Source: a virus (taxonomy: Duplodnaviria; Caudoviricetes). Taken from it: DNA of 31,760 nt. This document shows, one piece after another, positions 21,662 to 29,814 of the stretch (positions are counted from its first letter, which is position 1; the number at the start of each line of letters is the position of its first letter). The notes under the pieces are model-generated. The model was not told the DNA's origin. It did not search any database and saw only the letters and a list, made by a program, of their open reading frames with translations. A program made the translations under genes and the position numbers. The DNA lies in IMG/VR virus record IMGVR_UViG_3300012200_000013, positions 1-31,760 of that record; one strand, given 5' to 3'.

Positions 21662-21873
21662 TGAGAGATTTCAAAACGCAACTAGCAGACGCAACAAACC
21701 TGTGTTGTCTGTGCAGCCACGAATTCGACGAAGATAATCCATGCTGCTGTGACGACGGCCTTTTCGAAACACCCAACGGCAAATTGCACACTGACGGTGT
21801 CTGTGTCCAATGCTGTACGTCGGTGCATGGTGAACAATGGTCTCCATCTATCCAACATGACAGGGGTGAATAA
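21661..21873 (+). CDS. Cys-rich zinc-finger-like protein
   Basis: CCLC, CCC and CVQCC motifs. GGAGG RBS. Confidence 0.7.
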   Translation: MRDFKTQLADATNLCCLCSHEFDEDNPCCCDDGLFETPNGKLHTDGVCVQCCTSVHGEQWSPSIQHDRGE

Positions 21874-22154
21874 TGAATAACCAATTCAGCGTTCAAGGCC
21901 GATTAATCGAAGCACGCAAGCGGGCAGAGCAGGGCAACTGGTTCCCCGCCTGCGACGGCACCGAGACAGAATTTAAAACTCGCTCAGGCATGCGTCTGCT
22001 GTACTGCTATCAGCCGAGCACAGGCAATCACGCCTATCTGAATCTTGACACTGATATCATCCTGACTGATGCCGAAGCATGGCAGGCGTTGAATCCCGAA
22101 CCTGCAAACTCGGGATATCTCACCAGGAAGTCGTATGAAAGTGTGAAACCGTGA
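21873..22154 (+). CDS. Hypothetical protein
   Basis: TAATG coupling. GTETEF.TRSG.RLLYC....G.HAYLNLDTDII pattern typical of phage early genes. Confidence 0.75.
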   Translation: MNNQFSVQGRLIEARKRAEQGNWFPACDGTETEFKTRSGMRLLYCYQPSTGNHAYLNLDTDIILTDAEAWQALNPEPANSGYLTRKSYESVKP

Positions 22155-22308
22155 CACTAAACTCGTATTCTTACTGCCCTCACTGCCATTCCGAGCATTT
22201 GCTTGCTTGGATACCGTGCGTTAAACAAGAAACAACGTACCGTCAAACATGCTTCGATTGTTATTATGAAACATGGGAGCCCAAAGAGGGCAACTGGAGG
22301 AAACCACA

Positions 22309-22506
22309 ATGAATCAGCGATTCAGCAAGAAAACGTCAGCACTGACTTTAAACAAGAGATACGAAACAGAATTGACAAAGGCTGTCTTGCATCTGAGCAA
22401 TGCCCTAGACGCCATATCAGATGAGCATCCCGACTGGAAAGAACTAGACAACGCTCTAGACAACGCTCTAGACGTTATGGACAGCATTAGTCTAGACTTT
22501 GAATAG
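22309..22506 (+). CDS. Helical hypothetical protein
   Basis: GGAGG RBS before MNQRFSK. Confidence 0.7.
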   Translation: MNQRFSKKTSALTLNKRYETELTKAVLHLSNALDAISDEHPDWKELDNALDNALDVMDSISLDFE

Positions 22507-22515
22507 GAGAAAACA

Positions 22516-22713
22516 ATGAGCGCAACCAAACTTGTATTCGCAGCATCCTGGCCCGGCGAACCCAACGTAGGCATCTTCCCGGGTTACGAAGAGGTAACTG
22601 TACTGTTCAAGTACGGGCAGCCAATCGATGATGACACACTGTTGTACTGGCATGATGTCATCCAGGAGTTTTACGATGGCTCTAGAGTCGAATTGGTAGA
22701 ACAGAAGGGCTAG
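22516..22713 (+). CDS. Hypothetical protein
   Basis: AGGAG RBS. Confidence 0.7.
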   Translation: MSATKLVFAASWPGEPNVGIFPGYEEVTVLFKYGQPIDDDTLLYWHDVIQEFYDGSRVELVEQKG

Positions 22714-22715
22714 CT

Positions 22716-22916
22716 ATGAAATTATCTCCTCAGAATCAAGGAAAGATAGTTGCTGAATTCAATGGAAGCGAGAACTGTTGGTATGTCATGTTTCCGAACA
22801 GCGAAGTACAGGTTATAAAAACAAGAAAAGCTGTAGAGTCCGCTGCAAAGCGATACTTCAAAAAGAATGTCGAGCCGGGCAAAGTAGGCATCGGCAAGAT
22901 TGAATGGAGAACATGA
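22716..22916 (+). CDS. Hypothetical protein
   Basis: Operon packing. Confidence 0.65.
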   Translation: MKLSPQNQGKIVAEFNGSENCWYVMFPNSEVQVIKTRKAVESAAKRYFKKNVEPGKVGIGKIEWRT

Positions 22917-23311
22917 TAGTTAAAGTTTACCGGAACCTAAAACATGGCAAGAAAGCCAAGCCGCTATACTCAATTATGCATAAGGGCAAGGTCATAGCTA
23001 GGCGTCACAGAGTCCTGCTCTCTACTGCGGTATTTGTTGTGCTTGAGTCAGGGCGTCAGCGAGTCATTAAAGATAAGCGCAAGAATGTCCACGCCTTTGT
23101 GATAGGCGAATTAGTCAGCGCTGAATTCACACCAAAGGGCGAGATATCCGGCTGTATGGGCATTGATGAAAATGGGACAGACCTACCTTACAAAGTGTCA
23201 TATAATCCGTATACTGCGAGTCATTTTGTCGGCGAGCACGGTCAGAAGCTAAAAGGTGCGGGAGGCGTCTTGCTGAATGAGCACGGCATGACTGCAGCTT
23301 ATGTGTACTGA
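22913..23311 (+). CDS. Conserved phage hypothetical protein (VYRNL...KRKNVHAFV family)
   Basis: Motif pattern recurrent in phage early regions. GGAG RBS. Confidence 0.75.
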   Translation: MIVKVYRNLKHGKKAKPLYSIMHKGKVIARRHRVLLSTAVFVVLESGRQRVIKDKRKNVHAFVIGELVSAEFTPKGEISGCMGIDENGTDLPYKVSYNPYTASHFVGEHGQKLKGAGGVLLNEHGMTAAYVY

Positions 23312-23330
23312 AGGTTAGCACAGGAGACTT

Positions 23331-23537
23331 ATGGACGCCAAACTTTGCGAAGATTGTCAAGAGCCTGTATTTCCAGGCGAAGCGAACAGACCCGCAAGGC
23401 GTACCCGATGCGGAGTTTGTAAATGTCTCTTATGCTTTTGGTGCTATCAGACGCACCGGACAGGCAATGAGCAAACCACAGGCGGCTGTACCGCGCATAT
23501 GGATAATCTCCGTAGTACTAAAGTACTATTGACCTAA
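23331..23537 (+). CDS. Zinc-finger-like protein
   Basis: CEDC, CGVC and CFWC motifs. AGGAG RBS. Confidence 0.7.
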   Translation: MDAKLCEDCQEPVFPGEANRPARRTRCGVCKCLLCFWCYQTHRTGNEQTTGGCTAHMDNLRSTKVLLT

Positions 23538-23557
23538 TTTAGGCTATCAGGTAGAAT
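23513..23557 (+). promoter_or_regulatory. Early promoter with upstream palindrome
   Basis: TAGTAC-TAAA-GTACTA, TTGACC-N17-TAGAAT. Confidence 0.8.
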
Positions 23558-23659
23558 GGTCAAGTAATCGGGATACGCTTTAAGGTGGTGAAGTATAGGT
23601 CAAGCAAGTCCACCAGACAGGTCATGCTGAAGAGTGGTCCTGATTACAACGGAGGATTA

Positions 23660-23983
23660 ATGTCAGTTAAAATGAGACAGGAAGTCGAACGCAAGATTGC
23701 CACAGCATTCGTCAAGGCGGCCGTCAACGTAGGTTACGCAATCGCGGTAGATTACGGTGACGGTGAATCCAAGCGTCTAACTAGCGCTAAGACTATCCTC
23801 GCCGAAATGTTTCAAGGTGACGAAGATAGGTTGTATTTATACAACGACATGCAGGGCAAGCCTATCGGTTGGGTCTATTTTGTGTATGGCAACGACGGAT
23901 GGGACGTAATCAGCGACTACACCGTTAACTTGGAGTACCTGATGGGTCCAGCGAACGCAATTTCGAAGCAGTACGAGGACTAG
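23660..23983 (+). CDS. Hypothetical protein (GWVYFVYGNDGWDVISDY family)
   Basis: GGAGG RBS before MSVKMRQ. Confidence 0.75.
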   Translation: MSVKMRQEVERKIATAFVKAAVNVGYAIAVDYGDGESKRLTSAKTILAEMFQGDEDRLYLYNDMQGKPIGWVYFVYGNDGWDVISDYTVNLEYLMGPANAISKQYED

Positions 23984-24025
23984 TACGAAAGTACCATTGA
24001 CTAGCCGTGTGCTATTAGGTAGAAT
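23981..24025 (+). promoter_or_regulatory. Early promoter with upstream palindrome
   Basis: TAGTAC-GAAA-GTACCA, TTGACT-N17-TAGAAT. Confidence 0.8.
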
Positions 24026-24060
24026 GGTCGAGTAAGCTAATCAAACGGGAGGACACGCTA

Positions 24061-24258
24061 ATGATGGCAGCCCGGTACAAATCAAAGAAGGACCTGAAAG
24101 CCGCAGTCGGACAGGAACTGCGCTACGAGGAAACCAGCTTCTTTGGTCCTGAGTATAAACCCGACGGCAAGTTCAATGTCGTGGGACCGAGTCCAACGGA
24201 GCGCAAGTGGTTCGCTACAGTCGTGATGGTAGCGGGCAAGATTGCGAAGGTGTCCTAA
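24061..24258 (+). CDS. Conserved small phage protein (YKSKKDLK..ETSFFGPEY)
   Basis: GGAGG RBS. Confidence 0.75.
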   Translation: MMAARYKSKKDLKAAVGQELRYEETSFFGPEYKPDGKFNVVGPSPTERKWFATVVMVAGKIAKVS

Positions 24259-24479
24259 TGAAGCGTCCATCATTCAAGGCAGTCAAGCTGATTCACGGTG
24301 AACCTATCATGAGTACAAAGGTTAATACCAATAATGCGTGGGGATTCGGAGGATGGTACGGCACGCGGTACACATTCGAGGACGGCTTTACGTGTGAAGT
24401 AGGACGTTTCTCTACACGCCACCAGGGAACATTTCCGCGTCCCTTGCGCGTATTCAATCCGGAAGGCGAGGAAGTATGA
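24258..24479 (+). CDS. Hypothetical protein
   Basis: TAATG coupling. Confidence 0.65.
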   Translation: MKRPSFKAVKLIHGEPIMSTKVNTNNAWGFGGWYGTRYTFEDGFTCEVGRFSTRHQGTFPRPLRVFNPEGEEV

Positions 24480-24808
24480 AACTACTCACCAAAGCAATTG
24501 AAGCAAAACTCTTGAAGTCTCCGCTAGGCTCACACGATGGCGAGAAGCAGCCCAAAGTAATAGTGAAATTCTTCACACCAGATTCTAACTGGACGTGGTA
24601 CGCTACTGAAGGCAGCCAGACCGAGACCGGTGACTGGGAATTCTTCGGGCTAGTCGAAGGGCATGAATCAGAACTAGGCTATTTCATACTGTCAGAATTG
24701 CAGTCAGCAAAGGGCCCTTACGGGCTAGCAATTGAACGTGACAAATATTTCGACGGGTACGTGCTAGACATGGAAGCAAATCCAATCAAGGCGGTGCGTG
24801 ATGTTTAA
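24476..24808 (+). CDS. DUF2958-like protein
   Basis: VIVKFFTPDSNWTWYATE..FFGLVEGHESELGYF.LSEL motif. Confidence 0.75.
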   Translation: MKLLTKAIEAKLLKSPLGSHDGEKQPKVIVKFFTPDSNWTWYATEGSQTETGDWEFFGLVEGHESELGYFILSELQSAKGPYGLAIERDKYFDGYVLDMEANPIKAVRDV

Positions 24809-24995
24809 TCCTGACTTGCATTTTACAGCGGGCACATTTTGGGCTCTAACACCAAAGGGTAATAGCTTTTATGCTCGTCAGCCCATTACTCGGTCATTTA
24901 AGGATATTTATAAAGAAGCGGTCGAGGAAGGTTTGCGAGTCTCTTTCGAGACCGCGGCAGTTAGAAACAAATTTACAGCAATCCGGGCGCTGTAA
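24798..24995 (+). CDS. Hypothetical protein
   Basis: Operon packing. Confidence 0.55.
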   Translation: MMFNPDLHFTAGTFWALTPKGNSFYARQPITRSFKDIYKEAVEEGLRVSFETAAVRNKFTAIRAL

Positions 24996-25171
24996 TGCTT
25001 ATAATGATTATCATTATTTCGTGGGTCGCGGTGGTTAGTTTAATCGATGGCATGGGAAAGGATTGACATTATGTTTCAAACTATGACGCAACATCCGATA
25101 TTCACAATTATTTTACTGATGGTTATGGCTGACTCTTTGGTATACATTATCAGAACTATCCGAGGAACAAA

Positions 25172-25615
25172 ATGACAGACCTATTACAGGTAGTCCTGAC
25201 AGAAACAACCTGCGGTGAAGCGTGCTGGAAAGCCAGAGAAGATGTCTGCCGTTGCTCCTGCGGCGGAAAGAATCATGGCTGTACCAAGACTGTCAACGGT
25301 ATCACAGGTTTTAATCCAGACCGAACGGCGAAGATTGATGGGTTCAGGTACAAACTGTTGGCAGTCGGTCGGAGATACCAGGATGGTTTGTCCGCGCAAG
25401 CCAGAAATCTCAATCAGGTAGCGGGTAGAAAAATAGGCTCCTATACTTACTCACCCCGAGATACGGAGAAGGGCGCACCGGCCCGCGTCAAGAGCGCAAC
25501 GAAGACACAGGTAGCGAAGTGGCCGGAACTATCAGCATACCGGGAAGCGACCTATCGAGACAGGCCCTATCTACTTTGGGTCAAGATTGGCCAAACGAAA
25601 GATGTGCAATCGTGA
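25172..25615 (+). CDS. Cys-rich domain protein (C..AC..A....CRCSCGGKNHG)
   Basis: Cys/His motif and GAGG RBS. Confidence 0.75.
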   Translation: MTDLLQVVLTETTCGEACWKAREDVCRCSCGGKNHGCTKTVNGITGFNPDRTAKIDGFRYKLLAVGRRYQDGLSAQARNLNQVAGRKIGSYTYSPRDTEKGAPARVKSATKTQVAKWPELSAYREATYRDRPYLLWVKIGQTKDVQS

Positions 25616-25785
25616 AGACTCTCGCATTATTTGTAACCGTACTCAGCCTGACATCCTGCCGCCCAACACACGCAACGTGGGACGGCGAACGTTTCTCCTG
25701 CCCGGTTAATACGGCAATTTGGGCAAGCGAGCAAGAAGCAGCAGAAGGAAAAGACAACTACGTTTATTGTATCGAGGTGAACTAA
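25612..25785 (+). CDS. Small lipoprotein
   Basis: GTG start and lipobox LTSC. Confidence 0.6.
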   Translation: MKTLALFVTVLSLTSCRPTHATWDGERFSCPVNTAIWASEQEAAEGKDNYVYCIEVN

Positions 25786-26006
25786 TGAGCAGACAAACGC
25801 AGTCGCAAGGCCAGCAGGCACCAAAAGAGAAAATCGTCGTAACACAGGAGCAAGCTATCCAGGAGATTCGAAATCTCCGCGCCGGAAAGCTGTTCGTTGG
25901 CAACATGGAGTACGTTGACCATTTGCTTGCGGCATACGACGCGCTACTCAATCAGATTGCTCTCGACAAAGACTTGAACGACCGGGGCCACGACAAGTCA
26001 TATTAG
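25785..26006 (+). CDS. Hypothetical protein
   Basis: GAGGTG RBS with TAATG coupling. Confidence 0.7.
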   Translation: MSRQTQSQGQQAPKEKIVVTQEQAIQEIRNLRAGKLFVGNMEYVDHLLAAYDALLNQIALDKDLNDRGHDKSY

Positions 26007-26013
26007 AATTTGC

Positions 26014-26042
26014 TTGACAACGAAGCAGGAATTTGAGACTAT
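26014..26042 (+). promoter_or_regulatory. sigma70 promoter
   Basis: TTGACA-N17-GACTAT. Flanks resemble the tRNA-array promoters (GCTTGACAA...TGAGAC..CTATG..TCGAG). Confidence 0.65.
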
Positions 26043-26045
26043 GAA

Positions 26046-26277
26046 TCGAGCCGTTTTGACTAAGATTAAGAACGGTGCAGAGGCTGAATGGTTGACGCCA
26101 GCAGCCCAATAGGTCGCGGAGACCCACCGACTTAGGAGGCTTGAAACCCTGAGCGGACGGGAACACTCGATACCGAAAGGGTTAAAGACCCGCGTCTAGC
26201 GTCTAAGAGTGCAATGGATACGCTCTGCGAAAGTACCGTGTCCGGCGCATCGGTCGAAGATAAGCGGCGGGCGAACT
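26046..26277 (+). ncRNA. Structured RNA or long 5' leader
   Basis: ~230 nt without a credible ORF between promoter and RBS. Stems include GCCGTTTT/AGAACGGT, GCAGAG/CTCTGC, GCTG/CAGC, GGTCG/CGACT and GGGT/ACCC. Confidence 0.55.
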
Positions 26278-26287
26278 TTAGGAGGAT

Positions 26288-26401
26288 ATGATGGGCGACA
26301 ACCGATTAGAACTTAAAATCGCGGTATTACTTTTTGCTTGTTTTGTTCTAGGCATAATGGTATGTCAGTTATACCATATGGGAATGGGAGCGGCAAATTA
26401 G
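26288..26401 (+). CDS. 37-aa single-TM peptide
   Basis: AGGAGG RBS; IAVLLFACFVLGIMVC. Confidence 0.55.
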   Translation: MMGDNRLELKIAVLLFACFVLGIMVCQLYHMGMGAAN

Positions 26402-26410
26402 GAGGATACA

Positions 26411-26815
26411 ATGAGCGATTATCAAACAGCATTAGAGGCGGCAGGCGCAAAGGTTCTGGCATACGAGTCCTTTGGCTCGTATCAAGGCGATTGGCTCGCA
26501 CTGGTCGAATACAACGGGAAGACCGGATATGTCTCAGGCTCATACGGCAGTTGCTCAGGCTGCGATTCGTTTCAAGCTGAGTTTGGATATGACAGCGAAC
26601 AACAATGCGACGAGCACCGCTACATGGGTCCTAGCCCGGCAGACTGTCAGGACTGTACTAGCCTCAAACTCGATTATGACCGACGGCTCAAAGCGTTCGG
26701 TGAGGGCTATCTTGATATTTTCGAGTCAAAGGATAATCTCGTCAAGAAGTTTACCGAAAACTCTAAGTGGGATATGGACGCACAAGAAGTACTCGATTGG
26801 CTAGCGAAAAATTAG
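26411..26815 (+). CDS. Hypothetical protein (YGSCSGCD family)
   Basis: AGGAGG RBS; GSYQGDW..YGSCSGCD motif. Confidence 0.8.
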   Translation: MSDYQTALEAAGAKVLAYESFGSYQGDWLALVEYNGKTGYVSGSYGSCSGCDSFQAEFGYDSEQQCDEHRYMGPSPADCQDCTSLKLDYDRRLKAFGEGYLDIFESKDNLVKKFTENSKWDMDAQEVLDWLAKN

Positions 26816-26823
26816 GAGGATAC

Positions 26824-27180
26824 ATGTTTTACACTTACAAACAGAATAACTCCGGCGGAAATTTCCATTTCGATGAGCAAGCCGGTATCTCACATTTTGT
26901 AATCATCGAAGCAGATGATGTAACTGCCGCAAATTCCCGAGCCGAAGCTATCGGGTTGTATTTCGACGGTGACGGTGATTGTGAGTGCTGTGGCTCACGT
27001 TGGGGTGAATCGTGGTCGGATGATGCTGCTAGCGTACCCGAAGTTTACGGTAAAGCTGTAGTACTCGGGCAGTCCTTCGCAGACGCCGACACAGCGGAGT
27101 CTTATATTCATAAGTGGATTACCGGGCCAGAAGGCTTCATTCATTACCTGGACGGCAAGATTATTCCGTTCTGGAATTGA
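26824..27180 (+). CDS. Hypothetical protein (FY.Y.QNNSGG..DC.CCG.RW family)
   Basis: AGGAGG RBS; motif recurrent in phages. Confidence 0.8.
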   Translation: MFYTYKQNNSGGNFHFDEQAGISHFVIIEADDVTAANSRAEAIGLYFDGDGDCECCGSRWGESWSDDAASVPEVYGKAVVLGQSFADADTAESYIHKWITGPEGFIHYLDGKIIPFWN

Positions 27181-27190
27181 GGAGAGTACA

Positions 27191-27412
27191 ATGAAGATAT
27201 CAAGACAGTACGTCTGCGCAGTCTGCCAAGAGCCCGTCAAAATGACCGGTGAGGGCTTGAAGACCGGAACCTGTCCGAAGCATCCTGTCCGGATGGCAAC
27301 GGTTGTGAAGGACACCAGCGGCGGCTCAGAACAGTTGCGAGATCGGCGGAAAGAGCCCGTCATGGTGAAGCGGCACACCCAGGTCAAGGTTGTCAGAATG
27401 CGGGAGGAGTAA
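27191..27412 (+). CDS. Zinc-ribbon protein
   Basis: CAVC..CPKH. GAGGAG RBS. Confidence 0.7.
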   Translation: MKISRQYVCAVCQEPVKMTGEGLKTGTCPKHPVRMATVVKDTSGGSEQLRDRRKEPVMVKRHTQVKVVRMREE

Positions 27413-27633
27413 TGAAGATTCACATAATCCGCCCAGTTAAAGATTGCAACGGCGTTAAACTATACGCTGGGATGCCATCAAAAATTAACGGCGAGTTCTA
27501 CGCCGTGGTGTATATCAGAACATCACAGATGAAGCGCTGGTTATGCACTTGCTATGACCAAATATTTCGCCAGACCGGTCGTCGCCGTAACTGCAAACAC
27601 ATTCGAGCCGTTCGCAAACAGGTGGGGCTATGA
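27412..27633 (+). CDS. SWIM zinc-finger protein
   Basis: WLCTC.D.......CKHI.AV. Confidence 0.75.
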   Translation: MKIHIIRPVKDCNGVKLYAGMPSKINGEFYAVVYIRTSQMKRWLCTCYDQIFRQTGRRRNCKHIRAVRKQVGL

Positions 27634-27821
27634 CTCAAATCACGACCGCTAAGAAGTCAAAACGTGCGATGCGTGGCCTGGAAGCAGACAGGTGCTATCA
27701 CTGGTGTACACTAGGTCGACATGATTGGTCGCATACAGTCCAGAATCAGGGTATGGCGCTAGACCAGTGGAAGAAAACGTGCCAGAACTGCCGTAGAGCA
27801 CATCGGAAGGCGGTACTATGA
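27630..27821 (+). CDS. Small Cys/His protein
   Basis: ATGA overlap; C...RH.W..CQNC. Confidence 0.6.
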   Translation: MTQITTAKKSKRAMRGLEADRCYHWCTLGRHDWSHTVQNQGMALDQWKKTCQNCRRAHRKAVL

Positions 27822-28003
27822 GTCAGCACTGTGTATATTGTGGGAAGACTGAGAAACAGCATTTAGGCAAAACTTGTCTTGATGCTGAGGTTGACTATTG
27901 CGACCCAACAAGTGACGGTCCGGAAGTCGGGCTAATCATGTTCTTCCGCAACTTTCCCGAAGGCATTGAAGTCCCATACCCTAAAATTTGGAGGCTAGCC
28001 TGA
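27818..28003 (+). CDS. Small Cys/His protein
   Basis: ATGA overlap; CVYCG....H....C. Confidence 0.6.
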   Translation: MSQHCVYCGKTEKQHLGKTCLDAEVDYCDPTSDGPEVGLIMFFRNFPEGIEVPYPKIWRLA

Positions 28004-28269
28004 TGCGATTCAAACTTGTAACCGGTCCGGCATTTTCGATAACCTGTCAAGGATGCGGCGAGCATAAGCTGGCGGGCTCCGAATGCTTTCAAAGTGCTAG
28101 CACCGGTAAGCTAGACGGGCACCCGGACACTGTCTATGCGGACTTGGAAGGCACGCCATTCGAGTCTTACTATTGTGAACCCTGTGCGGCAGACCATGCA
28201 GAGTATCAAGATACGACAAAGTCGGTCTCGAAATTCTACGCAGACACGGCCGGGGAGAAAATCCTATGA
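28003..28269 (+). CDS. Zinc-finger-like protein
   Basis: CQGC..YCEPC. GGAGG RBS. Confidence 0.7.
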   Translation: MRFKLVTGPAFSITCQGCGEHKLAGSECFQSASTGKLDGHPDTVYADLEGTPFESYYCEPCAADHAEYQDTTKSVSKFYADTAGEKIL

Positions 28270-28514
28270 CACTATTAGGTAAGACGTGCGAAAGATGTGG
28301 AGCCAGCTTTAAGGAAGCGCCACTAACTAGAAGTCATGCGCCTAGAGTGAGCCTAGCAAAGCAAGCCTGGAGAAAATGGAATAAAACATTTAAAATCTAT
28401 ATTTTGTGCAGTCGCTGCCACGCAGTCTACACTGAAATAGAGCGGCAAGTCATTAGAGATGCGTGTGTTACGATGAAATTTAAACACGCGGAATATGTAA
28501 ATCAGCGCTTTTAG
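28266..28514 (+). CDS. HNH-like zinc-binding protein
   Basis: CERCG....LTRSH..P.....LCSRCH. Confidence 0.55.
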   Translation: MTLLGKTCERCGASFKEAPLTRSHAPRVSLAKQAWRKWNKTFKIYILCSRCHAVYTEIERQVIRDACVTMKFKHAEYVNQRF

Positions 28515-28653
28515 TACCGGTACTACCCATGGAAGCAAATTTCCGGCCAGTCAAAAATTGTCCGGGAGGTCGTAGACGTCGGACATGATTTCTCTCCCCT
28601 GTCTGTTTCTGGTAACTCGTGCCATAATAAGTAGACCTCGGGGAGTCCTAATT

Positions 28654-29055
28654 TTGAATTCCAAAGATAAAGCAAGAGCCCGACGGCTGAAAATTTTCTT
28701 CAATCTGACAGTCGAAATGTGGGATTGCATAGATGCCTACCAGCATTCATTGTGCGCCGTGTGTCTTCGCAAGCAAAAATCAGGTAAGCGGCTAGCGACA
28801 GACCACGACCATAAAGGTACGGGTACTGTGAGAGGTCTGCTCTGCAGTACGTGTAATCGAGCGCTCGGGAGGATAGAGCGATCTTGGGGTAAGGATAACA
28901 GCATTATATTGATGCTGGAGCGATTAGTCGAGTTTCTGCGGAATCCTCCCGCCACGCTAGCTCTAGGGAGAGAAGTCCGAACCTTCCCCGGCCGGTTTGG
29001 GACCAAACGGCATAAGAAGTACCTCGCAGAACAAGACAAATTAACTCGTGCCTGA
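28654..29055 (+). CDS. Recombination endonuclease VII-like protein
   Basis: CAVC...RLATDHDH..G.VRGLLCSTCNRALG. TTG start after GGAG. Confidence 0.88.
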   Translation: MNSKDKARARRLKIFFNLTVEMWDCIDAYQHSLCAVCLRKQKSGKRLATDHDHKGTGTVRGLLCSTCNRALGRIERSWGKDNSIILMLERLVEFLRNPPATLALGREVRTFPGRFGTKRHKKYLAEQDKLTRA

Positions 29056-29087
29056 TGCAGTCTATCTACGGGAAAGGCAAATAAGTT

Positions 29088-29807
29088 ATGACTGACTTAA
29101 ATACCACCATCAAGGCTGATTTAACCTACCTTAAAACGCATCTAACACTTCTGGTAGCGGTTGTAGTTTTGGCAGGCGGCGTGGTTTACGGTAGCGAATC
29201 TTTAATAGCCAGCCATGACTCGCAAAGAGAAGCGAAAGACAGTAAAGTTTTAGCGCTAGTTATGGCTCAAACCGCCGACCTGAAGACTCGAATGGTCCAG
29301 GATGAGCAAGCCGCGACGGTCCGGGATGCTCAATATGCTGCAATTATCGCACAACTCTCCGGCACAATAGCCAAGCAGACGGCACAACTGCAGAAGCAAA
29401 AGCAGGTTAACGCAACACTGACGGCGGTGCAGACTGCGGAAGCGATCAGTCAGAAGACGCAGGCACAGCCCGGCGAAGTCCAGGCACAAGCAGACAGCGT
29501 CGTGCTATCACTGCCGGTAGCCAGGACCATCAATAGTAATTTGGACGAACTCGTAACTATAAAGACGCAACTCAATGAAACAGAAAATCAATTCGCTCTT
29601 CAGAAGAAGTTGACGGACGACGCCATGCTCGACGCGGAGAATGCCAAGAACGTAATCGTTAGCCAGGCCGATCAAATGGTGCAGGCTGAGAAAGTTTGCA
29701 AAGACCAGATAGCGGTTGTTAAGGCGCAAGCAAGGAAGAGTAAATTGAAATGGTTTGGAGTAGGGTATGTGCTAGGATTGGTTACAGCGCGATTCATTGG
29801 AATCTAA
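29088..29807 (+). CDS. Membrane-anchored long coiled-coil protein (spanin-like)
   Basis: N-terminal TM, Gln/Ala-rich coiled coil and C-terminal hydrophobic helix. Confidence 0.6.
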   Translation: MTDLNTTIKADLTYLKTHLTLLVAVVVLAGGVVYGSESLIASHDSQREAKDSKVLALVMAQTADLKTRMVQDEQAATVRDAQYAAIIAQLSGTIAKQTAQLQKQKQVNATLTAVQTAEAISQKTQAQPGEVQAQADSVVLSLPVARTINSNLDELVTIKTQLNETENQFALQKKLTDDAMLDAENAKNVIVSQADQMVQAEKVCKDQIAVVKAQARKSKLKWFGVGYVLGLVTARFIGI

Positions 29808-29814
29808 AGGACAT

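Noticed and set aside
22445-22473. 12-bp tandem repeat TAGACAACGCTC
   Set aside because: In-frame LDNA duplication within a helical protein, with no further signal.
19535-24025. CRISPR array from the recurring TAGTAC repeats
   Set aside because: Spacing is irregular (hundreds to thousands of bp), each copy is tied to -35/-10 boxes, and no cas genes are present.
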